Source of the DNA: Macrostomum lignano
Lineage: Eukaryota
Assembly (NCBI GenBank): GCA_002269645.1
Contig: NIVC01001968.1
Coordinates: forward strand, 55,800 to 119,799
Direction: 5' to 3'
Length of the DNA stretch: 64,000 bases
Below, piece by piece: positions 1 through 12,995 of this stretch. The stretch's first letter is position 1. The number at the start of each line of letters is the position of its first letter. A program made the position numbers and the translations under genes. The notes beneath the pieces are model-generated. The model did no database searches. It was not told where the DNA came from and saw only the letters and a list, made by a program, of their open reading frames with translations.

Positions 1-697
1 CACTGTGATATCAGGATCCAGGATGTAGGGAAACTGTTCAGGCCGAGCCGTGGAGCTCCAGACACGGTGATATCAGGATCCAGGATGTAGGGAAACTGTT
101 CAGGCCGAGCCGTGGAGGCTCCAGACACTGTGATATCAGGATCCAGGATGTAGGGAAACTGTTCAGGCCGAGCCGTGGAGCTCCAGACACTGTGATATCA
201 GGATCCAGGATGTAGGGAAACTGTTCAGGCCGAGCCGTGGAGCTCCAGACACTGTGATATCAGGATCCAGGATGTAGGGAAACTGTTCAGGCCGAGCCGT
301 GGAGCTCCAGACACTGTGATGTCAGGGTCCAGGATGAGCCGTGGAGCTCCAGACACTGTGATATCAGGATCCAGGATGTAGGGAAACTGTTCAGGCCGAT
401 TCTTGGAGCTCCAGACACTGTGATATCAGGATCCAGGATCTAGGGAAACTGTTCAGGCCGATTCTTGGAGCTCCAGAGACGGTGATATCAGGATTCAGGA
501 TGTAGGGAAACTGTTCAGGCCGAGCCGTGGAGCTCCAACCTCCAGACACTGTGATATCAGGATCCAGGATGTAGGGAAACTGTTCAGGCCGATTCTTGAA
601 GCTCCAGAGACGGTGATATCAGGATCCAGGATGTAGGGAAACTGTTCAGGCCGATTCTTGGAGCTCCAGACACTGTGATATCAGGATCCAGGATGTA
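1..697. repeat. Minisatellite, ~62-bp unit (CACTGTGATATCAGGATCCAGGATGTAGGGAAACTGTTCAGGCCGAGCCGTGGAGCTCCAGA), truncated by window start
   Basis: Unit starts at 1, 63, 126, 188...; two sub-variants (GAGCCGTGG vs GATTCTTGG). Confidence 0.97.
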
Positions 698-1180
698 GGG
701 ATATCACGCTACATAATCTAACCGGCAGGCAGGTAAAATAAAGTTAGACCTGCCCAAGCTACCAGTTCCCAATCGAAACCGGGGTTGCAGGCCAACAATA
801 CCAGCGTAAAAGCAGCGGAACACGAAAGAAGCATGAGAGAAAGTTACGTAGATGATGCGCGGGTTGGGGATGCTGAATTCCTTTGATGCCAGGCCGGTGC
901 CTCCGGCTGCAGGCTGCTGCATGACCCGCTGCATCCGTTTCGCTACAAACTGTGGATTGGGCTGTTACAAGTGAAACACAGAATTTATATTTTCTCTCCC
1001 CGCTGCGCTGCCGTGTGCTGCCTGCCTTCGCTGCCTCTCCATCCGGGATATAGACACAATATCAAAATCATTATTTCATTTCCTTTTTTCATTTCGCTTT
1101 GCGCATACGACTGTGGACTCGGGCCCTCTCTCTCTCCTCTCCCTTCCGGGATCTGTTTGCTTTTGCCTTTGCTTGTTGAG

Positions 1181-1206
1181 CAGCCACCCCCCGCCGGGAT
1201 CTCCAG
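1181..1206 (+). CDS. Candidate Axin coding micro-exon (23 or 26 nt; (Q)PPPAGIS-R)
   Basis: Pyrimidine tract TCTGTTTGCTTTTGCCTTTGCTTGTT followed by tandem acceptor GAG/CAG (1178-1183), and strong donor CAG|GTGAGT at 1207. Phase-2 end matches the phase-2 acceptor at 6651. No homology support. Confidence 0.4.
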
Positions 1207-1994
1207 GTGAGTGACTTGCCCCGCCCACTCTGGCCTCGATATTCCGCCTCGCTCTCTCTCTCTCTAGTCTGGAGTGTTAGTCGCTCTCAAAAATATCCAC
1301 TTGAGCTGTGTTGAGCATGCAAAGCGGGGAGAAAGCAACCCTAGGGCGAGTCTCAAGTTTCTCTCTTGCCCTCTTGTCCCACCCGTGTCTTCCAAACCTT
1401 TCTCAGTCTGGGCTTGAACTAACTGAGCTCTCAACTCTTCTTCAGGGTGACCCGTTCTCCCTCCGCACCTTTCTCCAACCCCCCAGCCAGCTGTTTGCTC
1501 TCGGGCCTTCGCCTCTACAAATAAATGAATAGAAGATTGATAGATATTGGTTGCGATTATACACATTCCCCATCCCTAGCTGCCTTTGTTGACTCTCTAA
1601 TGGGGGCGACGGAGAATATTGGGCATCGTCACATCCCCAGCGTTCGGAATTTCTCTCCTATTCACCTTGTTTGCTGACAGCTCCGGAGAAAATTCGCTAA
1701 ATATCCTGTTGCTCCACCTCCCATCTGCCTGTCCTGTGTTCGATGTGTTATCATGCATATGCCTGTCCCAGCAGCTGCTTCCTGTTGAACAGCAATTCCC
1801 GACATCTGCCGCCTGGCGGGTTGCGTTTGCGGTTGATTACGTAATCTGAGATAGATTTGGCCCTGAATTTTCTATAGTTTTTGCGTGCATGTCGGTCTGC
1901 TTTTTGTGTCTCGTATTTCTGTCTGCTGACGGCTGTGGCAAACTTGTGAATTTGTGACGCCAGATGTGGATCATCATCTGATGCTCATGATGAT

Positions 1995-3484
1995 GGGATC
2001 TAGGATCTGGGATCTAGGATCTGGGATCTAGGATCTGGGATCTAGGATCTGGGATCTAGGATCTGGGATCTAGGATCTGGGATCTAGGATCTGGGATCTA
2101 GGATCTGGGATCTAGGATCTGGGATCTAGGATCTGGGATCTAGGATCTGGGATCTAGGATCTGGGATCTAGGATCTGGGATCTAGGATCTGGGATCTAGG
2201 ATCTGGGATCTAGGATCTGGGATCTAGGATCTGGGATCTAGGATCTGGGATCTAGGATCTGGGATCTAGGATCTGGGATCTAGGATCTGGGATCTAGGAT
2301 CTGGGATCTAGGATCTGGGATCTAGGATCTGGGATCTAGGATCTGGGATCTAGGATCTGGGATCTAGGATCTGGGATCTAGGATCTGGGATCTAGGATCT
2401 GGGATCTAGGATCTGGGATCTAGGATCTGGGATCTAGGATCTGGGATCTAGGATCTGGGATCTAGGATCTGGGATCTAGGATCTGGGATCTAGGATCTGG
2501 GATCTAGGATCTGGGATCTAGGATCTGGGATCTAGGATCTGGGATCTAGGATCTGGGATCTAGGATCTGGGATCTAGGATCTGGGATCTAGGATCTGGGA
2601 TCTAGGATCTGGGATCTAGGATCTGGGATCTAGGATCTGGGATCTAGGATCTGGGATCTAGGATCTGGGATCTAGGATCTGGGATCTAGGATCTGGGATC
2701 TAGGATCTGGGATCTAGGATCTGGGATCTAGGATCTGGGATCTAGGATCTGGGATCTAGGATCTGGGATCTAGGATCTGGGATCTAGGATCTGGGATCTA
2801 GGATCTGGGATCTAGGATCTGGGATCTAGGATCTGGGATCTAGGATCTGGGATCTAGGATCTGGGATCTAGGATCTGGGATCTAGGATCTGGGATCTAGG
2901 ATCTGGGATCTAGGATCTGGGATCTAGGATCTGGGATCTAGGATCTGGGATCTAGGATCTGGGATCTAGGATCTGGGATCTAGGATCTGGGATCTAGGAT
3001 CTGGGATCTAGGATCTGGGATCTAGGATCTGGGATCTAGGATCTGGGATCTAGGATCTGGGATCTAGGATCTGGGATCTAGGATCTGGGATCTAGGATCT
3101 GGGATCTAGGATCTGGGATCTAGGATCTGGGATCTAGGATCTGGGATCTGGGATCTAGGATCTGGGATCTAGGATCTGGGATCTAGGATCTGGGATCTAG
3201 GATCTGGGATCTAGGATCTGGGATCTAGGATCTGGGATCTAGGATCTGGGATCTAGGATCTGGGATCTAGGATCTGGGATCTAGGATCTGGGATCTAGGA
3301 TCTGGGATCAGGGATCTAGGATCTGGGATCTGGGATCTAGGATCTGGGATCAGGGATCTGGGATCTAGGATCTGGGATCTAGGATCTGGGATCTGGGATC
3401 TGGGATCTGGGATCTAGGATCTGGGATCTAGGATCTGGGATCTAGGATCTGGGATCTAGGATCTAGGATCTAGGATCTGGGATT
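1995..3484. repeat. Nearly perfect 14-bp tandem repeat (GGATCTAGGATCTG)n, built from two 7-mers
   Basis: Direct reading; variants only at the 3' end. Confidence 0.98.
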
Positions 3485-3810
3485 TACTATCTGTAAGCCT
3501 GAAGACTACCGATATTCAAAGCTTAGTACTTGAATAGTTTAGTTAAAAAACTTTTTTTTCTGATTAAAATTTCAAAAGATCTTGCGTGCTAGTAAAAAAC
3601 CGGAAGCATTCAAAGTCGTGCTGTGCTTGCTTTGAGGAGAGCTTCCAAGACTTGGACTTGTCGCTATCAGTTTGTTGGTTATAAATCTCTGCACTACCGC
3701 TTCTAATCCAGCCACTACCCCCTCCCTCTCCCCTCTCTTCTTTATCCTTTCTCCTCTCCATCACTGGGTCATAAAATCCCTCTCAGTGTGTTGGCAGTGC
3801 AGTCCAGCAC

Positions 3811-3855
<45 letters not shown>
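3811..3855. repeat. (GT)n microsatellite
   Basis: Direct reading. Confidence 0.97.
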
Positions 3856-3856
<1 letters not shown>

Positions 3857-4090
3857 GTTTCAGTTCGAGATTGCATAGCTGCATAGGGTATGAAAGGCTG
3901 GGGTTCCCTGTAGGCCTGTTGGCCAGTAAAATCTTCCTTAGGATGCATACTGCCTCCATGCGTAGCAGCCCCTCCAGTGCTGCTACTACTGCTGCTGTGT
4001 AAGCATAGCGTACAGTTGGCTCTTAATCTCCTGTTTGCGGAGATATTTTATGTTAGATTTTGTAACATGTCTTTACTATTGCATCTTAAA

Positions 4091-4988
4091 CATAGACTGC
4101 TCACTCCCTGATCCATAGACTGCTCACTCCCTGACCCATAGACTGCTCACTCCCTGACCCATAGACTGCTCACTCCCTGACCCATACACTGCTCACTCCC
4201 TGACCCATAGACTGCTCACTCCCTGACCCATAGACTGCTCACTCCCTGACCCATACACTGCTCACTCCCTGACCCATACACTGCTCACTCCCTGACCCAT
4301 AGACTGCTCACTCCCTGACCCATAGACTGCTCACTCCCTGATCCATAGACTGCTCACTCCCTGACCCATACACTGCTCACTCCCTGACCCATAGACTGCT
4401 CACTCCCTGACCCATAGACTGCTCACTCCCTGACCCATAGACTGCTCACTCCCTGACCCATAGACTGCTCACTCCCTGATCCATAGACTGCTCACTCCCT
4501 GACCCATAGACTGCTCACTCCCTGATCCATAGACTGCTCACTCCCTGATCCATAGACTGCTCACTCCCTGATCTATAGACTGCTCACTCCCTGATCTATA
4601 GACTGCTCACTCCCTGATCCATAGACTGCTCACTCCCTGATCCATAGACTGCTCACTCCCTGATCTATAGACTGCTCACTCCCTGATCTATAGACTGCTC
4701 ACTCCCTGATCTATAGACTGCTCACTCCCTGATCTATAGACTGCTCACTCCCTGATCCATAGACTGCTCACTCCCTGATCCATAGACTGCTCACTCCCTG
4801 ATCCATAGACTGCTCACTCCCTGATCTATAGACTGCTCACTCCCTGATCCATAGACTGCTCACTCCCTGATCCATAGACTGCTCACTCCCTGATCCATAG
4901 ACTGCTCACTCCCTGATCCATAGACTGCTCACTCCCTGATCCATAGACTGCTCACTCCCTGATCCATAGACTGCTCACTCCCTGACCT
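4091..4988. repeat. 23-bp minisatellite (CATAGACTGCTCACTCCCTGA[T/C]C)n
   Basis: Units start at 4091, 4114... Confidence 0.97.
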
Positions 4989-6651
4989 ATCTTCTCAATT
5001 GACCCATTTCACTGCTACCAAAGCATTCATACAGAACAGACTTATTCTAACTCTTTAGTCCCAAAAGCAGTTCTCCATCCCAAGACAGAACTCTGCTTTC
5101 CAGCCAAGAGTTGTAAATAAAAAAGTGGGGAAAAATTAAGCCAGAAGCTTCCTCTTCCCATTTTTTGCAAAATCCCTCAAAACTCGAGTCACGCACGGGA
5201 ACTTCGAAGGAGTTTCGAAGAACGGATTCTATTATGGCAATAAATTTAAAAGATTATTAATTCTCATTCTCCAAGCAGCCCAACGCGCAAGCATTAATAA
5301 TAATTTGAGCACCCGCTGTGCTCGAGTGGGACAAAAATGGGTGGAGCAGGAAGAGCTCAAGATTACGTAATCAATTGAAGCCAGCTCTCCAGCTGTGAGC
5401 CCGGCCTACCTCTAGCCAAAAAACACTGAGACTGGTTTTTGTAAGATTTAGAAATTCCTTCGTATTCAGTGTCTTTATTGCTATTATTATTTCTATTTCT
5501 CAATAATGAAATCGTGCCGTAAATCCGTGACTGTAGGTTCTCAATCTTTTTACGATACGAAACCCCCCCCCGAATTCCCATTTATCTCGGCATCACATCC
5601 GTATCGGGTCTGGGCATTGGGGATCAATCCTGCACCAGGGCTGGTCACATTTCACAGTTTGCCCCTGTCAGGCTGGGAAGCTGCGAGCTCCCCAGTAGGG
5701 AGGGAGGCTGGTTTACGATGAAATTGTGTAGGGTGGGAAGGGAGATTTTAGTGCAGGGAGGGCCGCACGTACTGGGAACTTACGGCTTAATTCCCCCCAC
5801 CACCCTTCTCTAAAATTCTTTTTACAACCGAATGAACCTCGGCAGCAGCTCAAAGTTTGAGCAGGGCGATAATAAATTTGTGAACTGCCCTGAGCTTACG
5901 AGCGCGTTCACCTTAAAAACCATAGGCAAAATAAAATTTGGGCAATAAGCTGCTCAGGGCTTGCTTTTATTTCATTAATGACGCCTATTACAGTTGTTTA
6001 TTGGGCTGCTAGCACCACCCGAGCTCAGCCTGTTGGTGAAACTATTATTATTGTTATTATTATTATATCCACCCCCAGCTCTGAAGGGGATTAATGCCCG
6101 CGCGTGTTGTGCTGCACAGTTTTATAATGCATCATTTTATAGGCTTGTTAATAGCTCAGGGGGGCAGGGCAGGGCTCCAGAGAGCGCGGTGAGCTCTCTC
6201 GCGACTACTGCGGCTTGCAATATTGGGCTTGGGGCACTCCTTTTATGAGCCGCATCCACCTCTCCCTACCCCTCTCTCCCCGGTGCGCTTGTAAGCCAAT
6301 TTTACAATGCTCATTTGGTCTTTTACTGCTCCTGCTGCTCTGCTGCTGCTGCTGCTGCTGCTGCTGCCACCACCAAGGGAAGACGGGGAGAGGTGGGGGC
6401 TATACTGCTGCTGACCAGTTCAATTCTCCCCTTGCTATAACCCTCCTCCTCCTCCTCTTCCACTGGCTGAGCCGCCGGCTTTTGTGTATATATACACACA
6501 CACACCAGATAGATAAGCATGGCTATGTAAGGCCAGTAGAGAACTTGTGGGGCTTACATATTCTGTAACTCTCTCTAGTGACAGTCTGACAGGCTGACAG
6601 GACAAGCCACTAAATTCATCATTTAGCTCTCCACCTTGTCCAACCTCGCAG

Positions 6652-8032
6652 GCCATCCTGCTGCACCAGCATGAGCCAGGCCCTGCCTTACTACACCTCC
6701 TATGCGCCTGGAAGCCGTCGCGACTCCGAGCTTCAGTCGTTGCAGTCCTCCGACGCCCTGACTGACGTCGACAATCTGTCCCTGACTGACACGGCCAGCA
6801 GTCTGGACGCGGCCAGCTACCGGCAGCATCATCATCATCACCAGGCTCCGGGCAGTCGCAAAGGCCTCCGCCGGGCGATGCGGTGCGCCGCCTCCGCCAA
6901 CCGGGACGACCTCGCCAGCAATGGCGGCGGCAGCGGCGCCAGCAGCAGTTGCCGGCAGCAGCTCCTGCTCAGGCACCAGCTGCAGCAGCACGCCGCCAGC
7001 TGCCAGTACGACCGCGACCTGCCAGTCACCAATCCGGACAAGTTCGCCCGCCTACTGGCCGACCGTCTGCAGTGCCACCAGCGCGAGCAGACCCTGACAT
7101 CCCGGCCGCCGAGCAGTCTGTCCTGCGGCAGCGGCGCCGAGCTGCTCAATTCGCCCTGGGCTCAGCGAATCCTTCGAGCCAGCATGAGCAGCCGCGACAG
7201 CAACCCGGAGGACATCCTCACCGACCACCTGGACCACCTGGATCGGGGCCACTCGTCTCATCCGCAGCCGCTGGCGCCCCCTCCGCCCCAGCAGCTTCCT
7301 TCCAGCCAGCCTCCTCCGCTTCAGCAACAGCTGCATCAAAAGCTTGAAGCATCGGAGCTGGACCAGGAGACTCACGTGCACCATTATCACTATTATCACC
7401 ACTTCCGCGCCAGCGGCAGCGGCGCAACCAACAGCTTGATCTGCGGCGGCGCCGGAGCGGCCTCCACAGCGGGTGACAGCGGCTTCGGCACCATCTCCTC
7501 CTCTAGTCGATACGGTGGCATTCTTCGCTCCTCGTCAGCCACAGCGGCCGCGGCTTCGGTGGCTTCCACTTCAACTGGCGGCTCTGTGCACCGTCAGCAG
7601 TTAACGCAGCACGTGTCCAATCAGCTGGCCGCTTCCGCCCGTTTTGACCAGCCCCGTCAGCCCTTCATGATCGACAGCAACATGCCCGTGATGGACAAGC
7701 CCAACCCCGACACCACCATTGTGGAGGCCCGACGTCGTTTAGAAGAGGTCAGCCTGCAGCAGCAGCCACCGCCGCAGCAGCAGCCGCTGACCATCGGCTA
7801 CTTCCTGTGCGGAGACTCTGTGCCGTACAGGCACGCGTGGCCGGGCCAGAGCATCACCCTCGGCCAATTCAAGCAGCTCATGGCCAAGAAGGGCAGCTAT
7901 CGGTATTTCTTCAAGCGGCGATGCGACGAGTTTGTGGTCGGCGGCGCCGTGCACGAGGAGGTGACGGACGACTCTGAGGTGCTGCCGCTGTGGGAGGGCA
8001 AAGTCATCGGCAGGGTGGAGCGAGTTGAGTAG
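6652..8032 (+). CDS. Axin: Axin, large 3' coding exon (GSK3-binding helix, beta-catenin-binding motif, DIX domain); RGS-domain exons not seen in window
   Basis: PYYTSYAPGSRRDSELQSLQSSD...LSLTD resembles Axin1 PYYV..[38 protein letters not shown] is the GSK3 site (EPQKFAEELIHRL). NPEDILTDHL is the beta-catenin site (NPESILDEHV). QPFMIDSNMP..PNPDTTIVEARRRLEE is conserved. C-terminal LTIGYFLCGDSVPY..ITLGQFKQLMAKKGSYRYFFK..EEV..D..VLPLWEGKVIGRVE is a DIX domain. Acceptor CTCGCAG| at 6651 with an open frame to ATG 6671. Confidence 0.95.
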
Positions 8033-8748
8033 CTCCCCAGTCTGATTGTGACCTCTTGGCAACTTTCCTACAAATTCGATTCTTGTGATCTCTTGTGATC
8101 TCTGTCAATCACCTGGCCGCAGCCCCCCCCCCGCACCTGTGCAATATTCGCCAACCCACCCGCTATTTTCGACGATAAATCTGGCTGGGCCGTTCGACCT
8201 CATTTCGAAATACAAACCCGGGCAAAGCTGGATTTCGCACTTCTACTTTTTACTCTGCCTCTGTTCTACATCTTAGTTTTAAACTTCCTATTGTAGCTCG
8301 GCCTGTATATGTTAATGCCTTTGAAATCTGCTGCTCCAAGCCTCTCTTCTTCCTGAGCAGAAGAAGAGAGGGCGCAAATTTAAAAGCGTTGCAAAGTTCT
8401 TAAATATCATTTTGAATAATACATTTTTCGACTCACTCTTGTGACCAATATATGATCGGAACTCTGCCGCCGATGCTATGCCCTCATTGAATGCCGCCGC
8501 CTGTATTTTTCCTTTTTATTTTTTAATTGTTTATTTTTCTCATTGGTGACATATCTCTCTTGAAAATATTATCCAATGCCCCCTTGCACTGACACCCTTT
8601 ATCAGCCCGCCTTTGCTCTTCCCAGCACAATGTTCGAATGTCTACAGAATTGCTCGATCGCTGTTTTATGAAATATATCCTAGCAATCAATATTCAATCT
8701 CTGTCGTGTTCACGCTTCCTGTGATGCCATTCCGCTGCGGAGAGTGCT

Positions 8749-10023
8749 GACTGTGAGACTAGACTGATAGCAGAGAGTCCAGGTGTGACTGTGAGACTAG
8801 ACTGATAGCAGAAAGTCCAGGTGTGACTGTGAGACTAGACTGATAGCAGAGAGTCCAGGTGTGACTGTGAGACTAGACTGATAGCGGAGAGTCCAGGTGT
8901 GATTGTGAGACTAGACTCTGATTGCAGAGAGTCCAGGTGTGACTGTGAGACTAGACTGATAGCAGAGAGTCCAGGTGTGACTGTGAGACTAGACTGATAG
9001 CAGAGAGTCCAGGTGTGACTGTGAGACTAGACTGATAGCAGAGAGTCCAGGTGTGACTGTGAGACTAGACTGATAGCGGAGAGTCCAGGTGTGACTGTGA
9101 GACTAGACTCTAATTGCAGAGAGTCTAGGTGTGACTGTGAGACTAGACTCTGATTGCAGAGAGTCCAGGTGTGACTGTGAGACTAGACTGATAGCGGAGA
9201 GTCCAGGTGTGATTGTGAGACTAGACTCTGATTGCAGAGAGTCCAGGTGTGACTGTGAGACTAGACTGATAGCAGAGAGTCCAGATGTGACTGTGAGACT
9301 AGACTCTGATTGCAGAGAGTCCAGGTGTGACTGTGAGACTAGACTGATAGCGGAGAGTCCAGGTGTGACTGTGAGACTAGACTCTAATTGCAGAGAGTCT
9401 AGGTGTGACTGTGAGACTAGACTCTGATTGCAGAGAGTCCAGGTGTGACTGTGAGACTAGACTGATAGCGGAGAGTCCAGGTGTGATTGTGAGACTAGAC
9501 TCTGATTGCAGAGAGTCCAGGTGTGACTGTGAGACTAGACTGATAGCGGAGAGTCCAGGTGTGACTGTGAGACTAGACTGATAGCAGAGAGTCCAGGTGT
9601 GACTGTGAGACTAGACTCTGATTGCAGAGAGTCCAGGTGTGACTGTGAGACTAGACTGATAGCGGAGAGTCCAGGTGTGACTGTGAGACTAGACTGATAG
9701 CGGAGAGTCCAGGTATGACTGTGAGACTAGACTGATAGCGGAGAGTCCAGGTATGACTGTGAGACTAGACTGATAGCGGAGAGTCCAGGTGTGACTGTGA
9801 GACTAGACTCTGATTGCAGAGAGTCCAGGTGTGACTGTGAGACTAGACTCTGATTGCAGAGAGTCCAGGTGTGACTGTGAGACTAGACTCTGATTGCAGA
9901 GAGTCCAGGTGTGACTGTGAGACTAGACTGATAGCAGAGAGTCCAGGTGTGACTGTGAGACTAGACTCTGATTGCAGAGAGTCCAGGTGTGACTGTGAGA
10001 CTAGACTGATAGCGGAGAGTCCA
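8749..10023. repeat. 38/41-bp minisatellite (GACTGTGAGACTAGACTGATAGCAGAGAGTCCAGGTGT and CTCTGATTGC variant)
   Basis: Units at 8749, 8787...; interspersed 41-bp variant. Confidence 0.97.
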
Positions 10024-10778
10024 GTATAAACTATACCTGACTTTGATTGAGACTATAGTGTCTGGAGAGATTATACCGGATAATATTGCAATACATTTCA
10101 TGCAATTTGGCACAAGGCCAACAATTAAAAAGTAATTAATCCAATATATGGCATAAATTTATTAGGCATTTACTGCCCGGAAATGTTTATCAGGAATTAT
10201 TGCCACAAACTGCTGCAAATAGAAAAAGCAATGAAGCTGTTTTACTGACCTAAACGGTGATAATATCAAAAATGTTTTTATTGCATTTATGCTTGCCTTG
10301 ATCTTGAGGTTTATACCAGCAATAGCCAAACAGAATTAATTGCCTGGCTTTCTGGGGTTTGGAATTGAAAAGTTAAAGTCCGCCCTCAGTATACGCCAAA
10401 GAGAAAAGCGGTTTCTTTTGTTTTAGCCAAGGCCTCTTCTTCCATTTACAAGCGCAATTGTTGCTGTCGCAAGATGCTAAAGGTTTTGAAAAGCAATTGC
10501 CACTGCTGCAAGATTTTAGGGCTAGCAATTTTTGCTTTCGCAGCAATTTCGAGTTTCTCTGTATTAGCCTTCACTCAGGTCTCGAGAGGACAGTGGGTTA
10601 GTGGTTGGGTGGCTGTAGGTCGGCCCCAACTTACATTAAGAATTCTACAATTTTTACTGCCAAATGGGATAATAAACTAAAGCTTTTTCATTTGGAAGGT
10701 TTTAAATGCTTCCAAACCTAAGATTTTAAGCTTTAAACGATGTATTTCATGCTTTAGTAACTAGCATTCAGTTCAAGT

Positions 10779-11690
10779 AAGCCCCCCATATCCTCTTCTA
10801 GTAGCCCCTATTCTCTTCTAGTAGCCCCTATCTTCTTCTAGTAGTCCCTATCCTCTTCTAGTAGCCCCTATCTTCTTCTAGTAGCCCCTATCCTCTTCTA
10901 GTAGCCCCTATCCGCTTCTAGTAGCCCCTATCTTCTTCTAGTAGCCCCTATCCTCTTCTAGTAGCCCCTATCTTCTTCTAGTAGCCCCTATCCTCTTCTA
11001 GTAGCCCCTATCTTCTTCTAGTAGCCCCTATCCTCTTCTAGTAGCCCCTGTCTTCTTCTAGTAGCCCCCATCTTCTTCCTAGTAGCCCCTGTCTTCTTCT
11101 GGTAGCCCCTATCCTCTTCTAGTAGCCCCTATCCTCTTCTAGTAGCCCTCTATCCTCTTCTGTTAGCCCCCTATCCTCTTCTGGGAGCCCCCTATCCTCT
11201 TCCGGTAGCCCCTATCCTCTTCTAGTAGCCCCTATCTTCTTCTAGTAGTCCCTATCCTCTTCCGGTAGCCCCTATCCTCTTTTAGTAGCCCCTATCTTCT
11301 TCTAGTAGTCCCTATCCTCTTCTAGTAGCCCCTTATTCGCTTCTGGTAGCCCCCTATCCTCTTCCGGTAGCCCCTATCTTCTTCTAGTAGCCCCTATCCT
11401 CTTCTAGTAGCCCCCTATCCTCTTCTGGTAGCCCCCTATCCTCTTCCGGTAGCCCGCTATCTTCTTCTAGTAGCCCCTATCCTCTTCTAGTAGCCCCTAT
11501 CCTCTTCTAGTAGCCCCTATCCTCTTCTAGTAGCCCCCTATCCTCTTCTGGTAGCCCCCTATCCTCTTCCGGTAGCCCGCTATCTTCTTCTAGTAGCCCC
11601 TATCCTCTTCTAGTAGCCCCTATCCTCTTCTAGTAGCCCCTATCCTCTTCTAGTAGCCCCTGTCTTCTTCTAGTGGCCCCTATCCTCTAT
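10779..11690. repeat. 20-bp minisatellite (CCTCTTCTAGTAGCCCCTAT)n
   Basis: Period 20 visible at 10801, 10821... Confidence 0.97.
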
Positions 11691-12289
11691 AGTAGCTTTT
11701 ATCGCCCTCTCGTAGCGTCCCCAGCAAGCAACCACTATAGTTTCGTTTCCCTTTATCAGTTTTGTCACCCTTAACCGCCTTTACCCAACGCCCCGAATCT
11801 CTTTGAAGTTGCCGCCGCGTTTGCTAAATTTATGCGCTGCATGGTGAACTATAGTGCAGTCTCCACCGTCCTTTGTCGCGCGCTCTGTCTCCTATCCAAT
11901 TCCTGTTAGATAGTGTTGCAATACAACCAATAATAAGCTGCTTAAAATGCATTCCTCGGTGAAGGCCTTGAATGACTTCGGCACCGATTCTAAATATGGC
12001 TCGTAAATCGAGCAAACTGAACCAAGTGTTACATGTACGTTGTTGCACTTGCTGCGAAAACTGCGCACACAGTCCCAATACCCAAGCTTGGTTGGTAACA
12101 AGGAAATCCGGCTTTACTCTTTCCATCAGTTTTTTCTGGCAGTCACGATATTTTGTGTCACAAGTACATGCTGTCCTGTTTTGGACTGCTTAGTAGACAG
12201 TGGGAAGAGGGAGATTGGGAGAGAAGCATGGAGATAAAGAAAGAAGTGAGGAGAGGATAGGAGAGAGAAAGAGAGAGGGAGAGAGGTCC

Positions 12290-12995
12290 AGAAGAGAAGG
12301 AGACAGTGAGAAAGCGTGGAGAGAGGGAGACAGTGAGCGATGTGGGGAGAGAGATGGAGAAGAGAGGGAGACAGTGAGAGAGGTGGAGAAGAGAGGGAGA
12401 CAGTGAGAGAGGTGGAGAAGAGAGGGAGACAGTGACAGAGGTGTAGAAGAGAGGGAGACAGTGAGAGAGGTGGAGAAGAGAGGGAGACAGTGACAGAGGT
12501 GGAGAAGAGAGGGAGACAATGACAGAGGTGGAGAAGAGAGGGAGACAGTGACAGAGGTGGAGAAGAGAGGGAGACAGTGACAGAGGTGGAGAAGAGAGGG
12601 AGACAGTGAGAGAGGTGGAGAAGAGAGGGAGACAGTGACAGAGGTGGAGAAGAGAGGGAGACAGTGAGAGAGGTGGAGAAGAGAGGGAGACAGTGACAGA
12701 GGTGTAGAAGAGAGGGGGACAGTGAGAGAGGTGGAGAAGAGAGGGAGACAGTGACAGAGGTGTAGAAGAGAGGGAGACAGTGAGAGAGGTGGAGAAGAGA
12801 GGGAGACAGTGACAGAGGTGGAGAAGAGAGGGAGACAGTGACAGAGGTGGAGAAGAGAGGGAGACAATGACAGAGGTGGAGAAGAGAGGGAGACAGTGAC
12901 AGAGGTGGAGAAGAGAGGGAGACAGTGACAGAGGTGGAGAAGAGAGGGAGACAGTGACAGAGGTGGAGAAGAGAGGGAGACAGTGAGAGATGTGG
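12290..12995. repeat. 29-bp purine-rich minisatellite (GAGAGGGAGACAGTGA[C/G]AGAGGTGGAGAA)n
   Basis: Period 29 (12371, 12400); explains spurious ORF 12190..12867. Confidence 0.95.

Noticed and set aside
1-697. Regularly spaced repeats resembling a CRISPR array (also 8749-10023 and 59945-60612)
   Set aside because: Units are contiguous with no unique spacers, there are no cas genes, and the DNA is eukaryotic with spliceosomal introns.
843-961. Possible minus-strand exon PNPQFVAKRMQRVMQQPAAGGTGLASKEFSIPNPRIIY with AG/GT ends
   Set aside because: No recognisable homology and no partner exons; a weak donor (GTAACT) could occur by chance.
11830-12237. Overlapping short ORFs between two arrays (also 17071-17481)
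   Set aside because: No transposase or other motif recognised; lengths are within chance expectation.
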